Shown here: positions 9,546 to 17,885 of the stretch, in pieces
How the letters are laid out: each line of letters begins with the position of its first letter
Position numbering within the stretch: the stretch's first letter is position 1
Assembly (NCBI GenBank): GCA_900314565.1
Contig: OMVU01000006.1
Span: 66,074-130,073, forward strand
Reading direction: 5' to 3'
DNA from: an uncultured Eubacteriales bacterium
GTDB lineage: Bacteria > Bacillota > Clostridia > Lachnospirales > Lachnospiraceae
Length of the DNA stretch: 64,000 bases
Notes under the pieces: generated by a model
Told to the model about the DNA's origin: nothing
Seen by the model: only the letters and a program-made list of their open reading frames with translations
The model's database searches: none
Translations under genes and position numbers: made by a program

Positions 9546-10868
9546 ATGAAAAAGTTTTTAAAATACCTGCTTGAAAGCCTGCTCATCGTCACAATGCTCG
9601 CGGCAGGGATTTCCGGCAGCACGAACAGAGTATACGCTGCCGGCGGAGAGAACATTGATGAGGCCTGCGAGGGCGTCGTCCGCGTGTTCTCCGTCTTTGG
9701 ACAGGATGCTGCCTCGGGGTCCGGCATTATCGTCGGAAAGACCGGAGAGGAGAGCGATATCATTGTGACGAACTGGCATGTGGTCGCTGAGGAGGATTAT
9801 TCCGGCGGGATCAGCCTGGCGGATGAAGTCTATATTCTTCTCGATAACGAAGCCTACACGTCCGCAGGCTTCGATGAGACGCACGCGGTCAAGTGCAAAG
9901 TGCTCTATACGACGACAGGGTATCCGGATTTCGCTATTCTTCAGGCGGAGAAGAAGATTCCCGGAAGAAAGGCGCTTCCTCTGATGAGCGCTTCCAACGC
10001 GAGCAGGTCCGAGAGAGTCTATGCGCTCGGATATCCGGGCAATGCGGACATGATCAATGACGGATATATTTCCGCCACGATCCAGGAAATCACAGCAACG
10101 GACGGAACGATCTCCCGCATGATCCAGGCGGATGCTTTCGGAGACACCTTTGTTATCCAGCATACTGCCCATATCAACCACGGAAACTCCGGCGGACCTC
10201 TGGTAAATGAGGACGGAACGGTCATCGGAATTAATACGTACGGATATGGTGACAATGCCTCGGAATATTTCCTCTCCGTCTATATCGACTACGCCATGAA
10301 TGCGCTGGACGAGCTGGGAATCAGCTATGACAAGGTAAAGCCTTCCGACGCTTCGATCACTTCCGATAATGCAGTGAAGTCAGGGGGCAGTACGGGGCTG
10401 ATCATCGGCATTATTGCGGCAGTAGTCGCTGCCGGTCTGATCGCGTTCTTCCTCCTCAGAAAGAAAAACGGGAAAGCGGGTGCTGCTGCCGGGGCGGCTT
10501 CTGCAGCCAACAGAATAAGTGCTGCTCAGCAGGCTGCAAAACAGCCGGTGAGCTCGTCAGGCTGGTATATAGAAGGTATCGGAGGAACGCACGAAGGGCA
10601 GAAATTTGCGGTCAATGACAGGCTTGTATTCGGCCGGGATCCTGCTGTGTGCGGCGTCGTCTTTCCGAAGGAGTCAGCGGCCAGCCGGGTACACTGTGAG
10701 ATCCGGATCGTTCAGGGGAAGCCGATCCTGCAGGATAACGGGTCGACGAACGGTACATTCGGCGGAACAACGAGGCTCGAGGCGGGAAAAACGTATCCGC
10801 TTCCCAACGGAGCAGTCTTCTCGATCGCGGGGAGTACGAACCGGTACAGGCTGGTCCAGCGGAACTGA
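9546..10868 (+). CDS. Membrane-anchored trypsin-like (S1) serine protease with cytoplasmic FHA domain
   Basis: Signal peptide; catalytic triad TNWHVV / DFAIL / GNSGGP; TM LIIGIIAAVVAAGLIAFFLL; FHA FGRD..SRVHCEI..STNGT. Confidence 0.88.
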   Translation: MKKFLKYLLESLLIVTMLAAGISGSTNRVYAAGGENIDEACEGVVRVFSVFGQDAASGSGIIVGKTGEESDIIVTNWHVVAEEDYSGGISLADEVYILLDNEAYTSAGFDETHAVKCKVLYTTTGYPDFAILQAEKKIPGRKALPLMSASNASRSERVYALGYPGNADMINDGYISATIQEITATDGTISRMIQADAFGDTFVIQHTAHINHGNSGGPLVNEDGTVIGINTYGYGDNASEYFLSVYIDYAMNALDELGISYDKVKPSDASITSDNAVKSGGSTGLIIGIIAAVVAAGLIAFFLLRKKNGKAGAAAGAASAANRISAAQQAAKQPVSSSGWYIEGIGGTHEGQKFAVNDRLVFGRDPAVCGVVFPKESAASRVHCEIRIVQGKPILQDNGSTNGTFGGTTRLEAGKTYPLPNGAVFSIAGSTNRYRLVQRN

Positions 10869-10968
10869 CTGCCCGGAAGTTCCTGATTTGGTGATATATA
10901 TGTCTGCATCGGACTGGTGCGGAAGCGGGGAGACTTCAGGGTTTCCTGATCAAGAAACGGAGAGAACT

Positions 10969-12429
10969 ATGAACAGAGTATATAAGAAGAGTATTATGTA
11001 TGCGGTCTGCGCAGCGCTTCTGTTTGCCTTTTTGCTGGCATTTGCCAATGTGAAGCCGGTGCACGCTGCAGGAAACAATGCAAAGAACTATCTCGGGAAA
11101 GCGATTTATACGGAGGATGCTGACAGTGATCAGGCGACCTGGTTCTCCGGTGCTGTGGGCCTGAATTATACGGACGGGACGTCCTCTGTCCTCACCCGCC
11201 CGATCGACGAGTCTGAGATCACCGACTCGGGATATCTGTTCGGCTTTATTGACGCCGGCGGAAATGTATATGATATGGAATTCGCCTATACGGATTCTGA
11301 ACTCGGCTATACGGAGTGGGTGCTGGACGGGAGAGGAAACGATTCATACTTCCTGTCTACGCTCACAAGTGCCCATAAAGGAGAAGAATACTCCTTTGCT
11401 TATTTTAATTCGGGAGATCAGAAAATCACCACGACAGGGGTGACCTTCAATGACTGTACGGATCATGGATTCCTTACGGCGGACAGTGTGCCGAATGATA
11501 TTCTGACACATCCCGGCGTTGTCGTTACGGAGAACAACGACCTCATTGCGATCTTCACGGAGAATCAGATCTTCATGTCCTGGGGAACAGATCCCGCGTC
11601 CTTCACCGGCGGAGACAGCGGCTCAGGCGGGAGCAGTTCGGGTGGCAGCAGTTCGGGAGGCAGCAGCTCGGGCGGGACTTCCGGCGGCTCTTCCGATAAT
11701 TCCCCTGAGATCCATGAAGTCCCGACGGATCTTGACTTTACGGATGATGAGAAGAATCAGGTCGGAAACGGCACAGAGGCGACAGGCGTTGAGGACGGAG
11801 GGGTCAACGGCAAAGAGACAGCTTCCCTTTCCGGTGCCAGGAAATTCCCCGTCATACCGGTCGTGATCGGTGTGCTCGTTGTTGCAGCCGGAGCGGCTGC
11901 GGCAGTCATCTTCACCAAAAAGAAGAAGCCCGTCCAGGCAACAGACAATGCGAATGCGGGCACGTCTCCGCAGGGCGGCTACGGCACAGGCTCCGGGAAC
12001 GGTCAGGCCTACGGCGAGGATATGCTCGACAAGACAATTAATCTGAAAGCACAGCAGGGACCGGTACAGCGGCCGCCTGTACAGCAGAATGTACAGGCTC
12101 CCAATGCGCGCCAGGTCGGTGTGGTCGCTCTCGGCGGCGGACTCCGCGGCAGAGGATTCGGGATCTCAGGTCAGGGTGTTACGATCGGAAGAGATCCTTC
12201 CTGCGAAGCGGCATTCCCGCAGGGATCGGAAGGATCGAACAAGGTCAGCCGCAGACACTGCAAACTGTATTTTGAGAATGGCAGACTGCTGCTCGTGGAC
12301 CTGGGTTCCACGAACGGAACTTTCATGGCGGACGGCAGACGGCTCACACCGATGCAGCCGGTGCCTGTGAGACCCGGAGACCGGTTCTATCTGGATAATC
12401 CGGATAATATGTTCGAGATCAGAATGTAA
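10969..12429 (+). CDS. Membrane protein: extracellular domain, Gly/Ser linker, TM, cytoplasmic FHA
   Basis: ATG 10969 after GGAGA; signal peptide; TM VIPVVIGVLVVAAGAAAAVIF; FHA IGRD..VSRRHC..STNGT. Confidence 0.82.
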   Translation: MNRVYKKSIMYAVCAALLFAFLLAFANVKPVHAAGNNAKNYLGKAIYTEDADSDQATWFSGAVGLNYTDGTSSVLTRPIDESEITDSGYLFGFIDAGGNVYDMEFAYTDSELGYTEWVLDGRGNDSYFLSTLTSAHKGEEYSFAYFNSGDQKITTTGVTFNDCTDHGFLTADSVPNDILTHPGVVVTENNDLIAIFTENQIFMSWGTDPASFTGGDSGSGGSSSGGSSSGGSSSGGTSGGSSDNSPEIHEVPTDLDFTDDEKNQVGNGTEATGVEDGGVNGKETASLSGARKFPVIPVVIGVLVVAAGAAAAVIFTKKKKPVQATDNANAGTSPQGGYGTGSGNGQAYGEDMLDKTINLKAQQGPVQRPPVQQNVQAPNARQVGVVALGGGLRGRGFGISGQGVTIGRDPSCEAAFPQGSEGSNKVSRRHCKLYFENGRLLLVDLGSTNGTFMADGRRLTPMQPVPVRPGDRFYLDNPDNMFEIRM

Positions 12430-12555
12430 TAAATGCTGAACAGATATGAGAGCCCGGTACTGTCCCCCGACCTTCATGCGCGTGCGGAAGACAGTACCGG
12501 CATCCGTGAGTTCAGTCAGATACAGACATGCTTTTATAGAGGAGGAAACTGAAAC

Positions 12556-15549
12556 ATGGATATTTCCCAGGTCAGATACGAGCCGTGGAGGGTGGTCAGG
12601 CAGTTGGGCAAAGGTTCTTACGGATCTGTCTTTGAAATTCAGAGAGAGGAATTCGGAGAACTTTATACAGCAGCGCTGAAAGTCATTTCCATTCCGCAGA
12701 GCGATGAGGATATCATTGCGAACCGCGCGGACGGAATGACAGACAAATCGATGGCGAGTTATTATCACAGTGTTGTCAAGGAGCTCACACATGAGCTGGC
12801 GCTTCTCTCAAAGCTGAAAGGCAACACAAATATCGTAGGCTATGAAGATCACAAGATCGTTCAGCACCCGGACGGGATCGGATGGGATATCTATATCCGT
12901 ATGGAGCTTCTCACTTCCCTGACTGCGGTCTCGGCGGTGTATGATTTCAGCAGGAATCAGGTCGTGCAGATCGGTATTGACATCTGCAATGCGCTGGAGC
13001 TCTGCGAGAAGAACAATATCCTGCACAGGGACATCAAGCCCGATAATATTTTCATTTCCGGACACGGTGATTATAAACTGGGAGATTTCGGAATCGCCCG
13101 CACTGCGTCACAGACGGCAGCCAACATGTCGACGAAAGGAACGCCGAATTATATGGCGCCCGAAGTCTACAAAGGGTTGAATTATGATGCGACGGTGGAC
13201 ATCTATTCGCTCGGTATCGTCCTCTATCAGATGATGAACGGAAAGCGTCTGCCCTTTATCCCGGTCGATGTCACGCTGGCGGACCGGGAAGCCGCTCTCG
13301 GAAAGAGAATGAGCGGGGAGCCGTTCCCGGAGCCGGAGATGGCGGACGAGGCGTTCGCAGAGGTCATTCTGAAGGCATGCGCTTTCGATCCGAAGGCGAG
13401 ATACGCGAATGCACGTCAGATGAAGAAGGCTCTGGAGAAGCTGATCGAAGGTGTCTATGTCGCACCGATCGATGTGAAGTCGATTCTCGGACCCGGTGCG
13501 TATGTCGGAGCGCAGGGCGGCTACACGCAGCCCGGCAGTAACTCCGGCGGTTACGCACAGCCCGGCAATAATTCGGGGGGCTATGCACAGCCCGGCAATA
13601 ACTCCGGCGGCTATGCGCAGCCCGGCAATAACTCCGGCGGCTATGCGCAGCCCGGCAATAACTCCGGCGGCTATGCGCAGCCCGGCAATAATTCCGGGGC
13701 GTATGCACCGGGCGGATACAGTCAGCAGGGCGTAAACAAGGGCCAGGACAGCTTTGTGCAGCCGGCCAGCTATATCCAGCAGGGCGGTTATCCGCAGGGA
13801 CAGACTGCAGGAGGATATGCCCAGGGACAGACCGCAGGAGGATATGCCCAGGGACAGACTGCGGGCGGTTATTCCGGACAGTATGGCGGAAATTACGGAC
13901 AGAGTCCCTATGGGCAGAATGCCGGACAGGGAATGAATAAAGGCGGATTTGACGCGACTGCGGGATATACGCAGCAGGGCGGAAATATGGATCCGAACAG
14001 CCGTAGCTATGTTCCGGCCGGAAATGTCCCGTCAGCCCCGCAGAATCAGCCGGGATCGTCCCAGTTCGATCTGGCGGCAAAAGAAGGTCCGAATAATACA
14101 CAGTACGGCGGCAGCGGCGGTCAGTACAGCGGGAACGGCGGCCAGTTCGGCGGAAACGGCGGTCAGTACGGCGGCGGTGGCGGCCGGTTCGGCGGTGGAA
14201 ACGGAAACCAGTATGGCGGCGGGAACATCGGCATGAACGGCGGAGCTCCTTCCGGCGGCAAAAAACCGAATTTCAAGCTGATCGGCGGAATCGCTGCAGT
14301 GGCTGTGATCGCTCTCATTGCGATTTTTGCCACCAGAAGACCGAAGCCCGGGACTGTGACAACAAAACCGACACCGACACCGGAATCCACGACAGCGAGC
14401 ACAGAATCAAAGACGGAATCCAAACCTGCGACTTCTTCGACGGCGGGCACGAACAGCGGTATTTCAAATGTCGGCACTGTGGAAGGATTATCCGATTCTC
14501 TGGATGATTATACCTTCGAGCTGGACGGCGTAGTGATGAAGCTGCCTGTCAGCTATGAGGAGTTCGCCTCCCACGGCTGGAGCCTCTACTCGTATGACAA
14601 TTCCGATACAGAGGAAGATCTGATCACAGCGCAGGACTATGACTATTTCCAGATGACCAACGGGGACGGACGGATCAGAGTCTACATTTACAATCCGTCG
14701 GGCGATACGAAACCGCTCAGGGAGTGTAAGATCGGCTGTGTTGAAGTTACAAAGGACGAAGGAATCAGCTTCAAGATCGCCGGCGGTCTTGAACTTGGCG
14801 CCAGTGCGGACGATGTTCTCGCAAAATACGGGACTCCCGCAAGCAATAACACAAGTACGGACTATCAGACAATCAAATATAAGACCGGCGAGTACAGCCG
14901 CGACGGGGAGACGGAGTTCTACTTCCGGACAGGACACAGCGCGGACAATTCCATCTCGCTCAAGTATATGCCTGTAACGGAAGAGGATGTAGGAGAAGTC
15001 TCCACGGAAAGACCTGCCTATCTCGACACGTATACTGCGCCGACAGAGCTCTCAGCAGATCCGACGCAGACAGTATTCCAGCTGGGCGGAGATCTGTATC
15101 AGCTTCCCTGCACGATCGATGCGTTCCTGAACAACGGATGGACGGTCAGCTCAAAGAGCGTCAATGCGATCGCATCCATGAACAAGGAGAGTTATGCGAT
15201 GGAACTGTCCAAGGACGGCTATTCGATCGACCTCACACTCGGCAACTATGAGATGAAGGCGGCGTTGGCTGAGAACTGCGCAGTTCTCGGTGTATCGATC
15301 GAGACGAACTTCAGGGATGGCGAGATGCCGGGCGATTATGCTGTTTTCTCCGGCGGAATCAAGCTTGGAAGTACTATTGATGAGTTTACTGCGGCACTTG
15401 GCTCCTTTGAGACCAACTCGACGGATATGTCGACCTCATTCTCCTACAATTCGCAGGACTACTCTACGAAGCTTCGCTATTATCTGTATTCATCAGGTGA
15501 TTATAAGAGCAACGAGGCGACGCTCTACAATGAGAACTGGAATTACTAA
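12556..15549 (+). CDS. Hanks-type Ser/Thr protein kinase with low-complexity linker, TM and duplicated extracellular domain (no PASTA)
   Basis: LGKGSYG, ALK, HRDIKPDN, DFG and GTPNYMAPE; TM LIGGIAAVAVIALIAIFA; two related ectodomains (TFELDGVVMKLP..F..HGW and VFQLGGDLYQLP..FL.NGW). Confidence 0.92.
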   Translation: MDISQVRYEPWRVVRQLGKGSYGSVFEIQREEFGELYTAALKVISIPQSDEDIIANRADGMTDKSMASYYHSVVKELTHELALLSKLKGNTNIVGYEDHKIVQHPDGIGWDIYIRMELLTSLTAVSAVYDFSRNQVVQIGIDICNALELCEKNNILHRDIKPDNIFISGHGDYKLGDFGIARTASQTAANMSTKGTPNYMAPEVYKGLNYDATVDIYSLGIVLYQMMNGKRLPFIPVDVTLADREAALGKRMSGEPFPEPEMADEAFAEVILKACAFDPKARYANARQMKKALEKLIEGVYVAPIDVKSILGPGAYVGAQGGYTQPGSNSGGYAQPGNNSGGYAQPGNNSGGYAQPGNNSGGYAQPGNNSGGYAQPGNNSGAYAPGGYSQQGVNKGQDSFVQPASYIQQGGYPQGQTAGGYAQGQTAGGYAQGQTAGGYSGQYGGNYGQSPYGQNAGQGMNKGGFDATAGYTQQGGNMDPNSRSYVPAGNVPSAPQNQPGSSQFDLAAKEGPNNTQYGGSGGQYSGNGGQFGGNGGQYGGGGGRFGGGNGNQYGGGNIGMNGGAPSGGKKPNFKLIGGIAAVAVIALIAIFATRRPKPGTVTTKPTPTPESTTASTESKTESKPATSSTAGTNSGISNVGTVEGLSDSLDDYTFELDGVVMKLPVSYEEFASHGWSLYSYDNSDTEEDLITAQDYDYFQMTNGDGRIRVYIYNPSGDTKPLRECKIGCVEVTKDEGISFKIAGGLELGASADDVLAKYGTPASNNTSTDYQTIKYKTGEYSRDGETEFYFRTGHSADNSISLKYMPVTEEDVGEVSTERPAYLDTYTAPTELSADPTQTVFQLGGDLYQLPCTIDAFLNNGWTVSSKSVNAIASMNKESYAMELSKDGYSIDLTLGNYEMKAALAENCAVLGVSIETNFRDGEMPGDYAVFSGGIKLGSTIDEFTAALGSFETNSTDMSTSFSYNSQDYSTKLRYYLYSSGDYKSNEATLYNENWNY
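13516..13695 (+). repeat. 30-bp coding tandem repeat x6 (GGYAQPGNNS)
   Basis: ggcggctatgcgcagcccggcaataactcc units in frame within the kinase; further QGQTAGGYA x3 downstream. Confidence 0.95.
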
Positions 15550-15552
15550 GCT

Positions 15553-16308
15553 ATGAAAGATGAGATCAAGATCAGTTATTCTGTGTGCTCGGAAGCAGGT
15601 AGAATTGCCGGGGGAAATGAAGACAATTTCTACGTCAACGGCAGGATCCTCAAGACCGGCGTACCGTGCTGCCGTCTGACCGAGAATACGGAGAGCGGGG
15701 ATGCGCTCTTTGCGGTGTTCGACGGTCTGGGAGGTGAGGAGCACGGGGAGCTCGCATCGGCGATGGCCGCGGAGAACCTGGGGCGCTATCACGGGACATT
15801 CGGAAGCTTCTATGACCAGTATCTGAATGAGACGAATCAAATGATCACCGAAAAGCTCCAGAAAGGAAAAGCCAATACCGGCACGACGGTCGCGGCGGTG
15901 GCGATCCGCGGACGGGAGGCTGTGGTCGTTAACCTGGGAGATTCCAGAGTCTATCTGATCCAGGGAAATACGATCAAGCAGCTCTCGACGGATCACAGCG
16001 AGTTCGCCACGATGCTCCGGTATGGGGTGGTTCGGAAGGAAGAGTATTACAGCAGCCCGCTCAGGAGCCATCTTACCCGCTATCTCGGGATGCAGTCGGA
16101 CGGACTTCTGGAACCGGGGGTCGTTCGTACCTTTTTCAATCCCGGGTCCATGTTCCTCCTCTGCTCTGACGGAGTGTGCGGGTCGCTGACGGACGAGGAG
16201 ATGCTCGCCTCGATCAGGGAGGAGCGCACGGCGGAGCATCTTGTCAGGAAGGCACTCACGGCGGGCAGCCGTGACAACGTAACTGCGATTCTCGTCTGGA
16301 CAGACTGA
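15553..16308 (+). CDS. PP2C-family Ser/Thr phosphatase
   Basis: NEDN, VFDGLGG, GTT, NLGDSRVY, LCSDG and DNVT motifs; 3 bp after the kinase stop. Confidence 0.92.
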   Translation: MKDEIKISYSVCSEAGRIAGGNEDNFYVNGRILKTGVPCCRLTENTESGDALFAVFDGLGGEEHGELASAMAAENLGRYHGTFGSFYDQYLNETNQMITEKLQKGKANTGTTVAAVAIRGREAVVVNLGDSRVYLIQGNTIKQLSTDHSEFATMLRYGVVRKEEYYSSPLRSHLTRYLGMQSDGLLEPGVVRTFFNPGSMFLLCSDGVCGSLTDEEMLASIREERTAEHLVRKALTAGSRDNVTAILVWTD

Positions 16309-16331
16309 GAGCGGGAGCAGGAAAATCTGTG

Positions 16332-16434
16332 AGGCTGCCGCACTAAGCTTTTGCAGCTATATAGTAAGACATCCGAAGCCGGTGTCTGCCATATATGACT
16401 GTAGGGATGCGTTAGTGCGGCAGCCTTTTGTTTT
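16332..16434 (+). terminator. Long (~95 nt) imperfect hairpin followed by a T tract
   Basis: AGGCTGCCGCACTAA (16332-16346) pairs with TTAGTGCGGCAGCCT (16412-16426), then TTTGTTTT. Confidence 0.6.
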
Positions 16435-16508
16435 GACAGCGAGAATGCGGTACTGCAGCCGGCAGTACGGCGATTCAGAACGAATATCCAATTTACGGGA
16501 GGAAACCT

Positions 16509-17411
16509 ATGAATTATCTTGCAATCGATATCGGCGGCACCTTTATCAAGTATGCAGTCATCACGGAGAGCGCTGAGATCATAAGCAAAGGGAAAAAGCC
16601 TACAGACACAGAGAACCTTGACGTGTTCCTCGATACGCTGGAAGAGATCTATCGGGAAAATGAAGAAAGCAATCCAGCGGGCGTGGCGATCAGCATGGCC
16701 GGAGTGCTCGATGTGGACAGCGGCTATGCCTACAACGGCGGCGGGGTCAGATGTATCCAGAATCTTGAAATCGTAAATATTCTGGAAGAACGTCTGAAAG
16801 TGCCTGTGACGATTGAAAATGACGCAAAGGCGGCTGCTCTTGCGGAAGTCTGGAAGGGAAATCTTTCGGATGTGCGGGATGGGATCGTCATCGTGATCGG
16901 AACAGCTATCGGAGGGGCGGTCATCATCGACCGCAAAGTCCTGCGCGGGAAAAATCTGATGGCGGGCGAGTTCAGCTATATTTCGATCGGTGAGCCCGGA
17001 AAGCCTGCCTGGACTGATATCTGGGGCAATACGGGAGGTGCGCGAGGCCTCATTCAGATGACCGCGGCAAAAAAAGGTCTGGATCCGGAATTGCTTGACG
17101 GCGTGGCCGTCTTTGAAATGGTGAACGGAGGGGACGCGGAGGCGCGTGCCGCCCTCCGCGAGTATACGGACCTCCTCGCACAGCAGATCATGAATCTTCA
17201 GGTAATCATTAACCCGGAGAGATTCGTGGTCGGCGGGGGGATCAGCTGTCAGCCGGTCCTCTTTGAGGAGCTTTCAAAGTCCGTGCAGGTGATCTCAGAC
17301 ACATTCTTCGGAAATGTACCCGTGCCGGATATTATGCCGTGCAGATTTTTCAATGATTCGAATCTGATCGGAGCGCTCTATGCGCACCTGACAAGGCGGG
17401 GGATCAGTTGA
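16509..17411 (+). CDS. ROK family sugar kinase
   Basis: AIDIGGTFIK, IENDAKAAALAE, IGTAIGG and G..AGEF motifs; no N-terminal HTH. Confidence 0.9.
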   Translation: MNYLAIDIGGTFIKYAVITESAEIISKGKKPTDTENLDVFLDTLEEIYRENEESNPAGVAISMAGVLDVDSGYAYNGGGVRCIQNLEIVNILEERLKVPVTIENDAKAAALAEVWKGNLSDVRDGIVIVIGTAIGGAVIIDRKVLRGKNLMAGEFSYISIGEPGKPAWTDIWGNTGGARGLIQMTAAKKGLDPELLDGVAVFEMVNGGDAEARAALREYTDLLAQQIMNLQVIINPERFVVGGGISCQPVLFEELSKSVQVISDTFFGNVPVPDIMPCRFFNDSNLIGALYAHLTRRGIS

Positions 17412-17658
17412 TCCCCTGCTGCATCATGGCTTCCGCCATGGAGATCCGCTCGTTGACATAGTTGAGGACTTCCTCTACGGGAAGACCGTGTACCATGGCA
17501 GCCTCTTCAAGGGTCTCGCTCTGGGCTGCCGGGCATGAGATGCAGCCCATGCCGCACTCCATCAGTGCGCGCACGGCGATCGGATATTCGCGGATAATAT
17601 CTCCGATCAGCTGATCTGACTGTACATATTCTTTCATTTCTATATTTTCGAAATCCAT
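17404..17658 (-). CDS. DUF1858 domain protein
   Basis: IGDII..YP...L...GMGC..CP....ETLEEAA.VHG signature; AGGAGG RBS. Confidence 0.85.
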   Translation of the reverse strand: MDFENIEMKEYVQSDQLIGDIIREYPIAVRALMECGMGCISCPAAQSETLEEAAMVHGLPVEEVLNYVNERISMAEAMMQQGIN

Positions 17659-17791
17659 AATGGTCCTCCTTTGACCTGATATATTTTACAAAATCTTTTT
17701 GCCAACTATCATTAAACAACGAATCGCACGCTTATGCAATAGTAAAGTCACATTTGTTACAGTGCTGAAATGCGCATGCCGCCGGGCGGTC

Positions 17792-17820
17792 TTGCAAGTT
17801 TTCGGCACAGCCGTTAAAAT
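17792..17820 (+). promoter_or_regulatory. Putative sigma-A promoter for lacZ
   Basis: TTGCAA-17 nt-TAAAAT. Confidence 0.6.
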
Positions 17821-17885
17821 ATTACCAAAACGAAAATATCACTGTAAAACAAAACTCGCGGAGCGAGCTTATATTCGGAGGAAAT

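Noticed and set aside
10606-10968. N-terminal extension of the second FHA gene
   Set aside because: It overlaps the upstream gene out of frame; the signal peptide and RBS begin at 10969.
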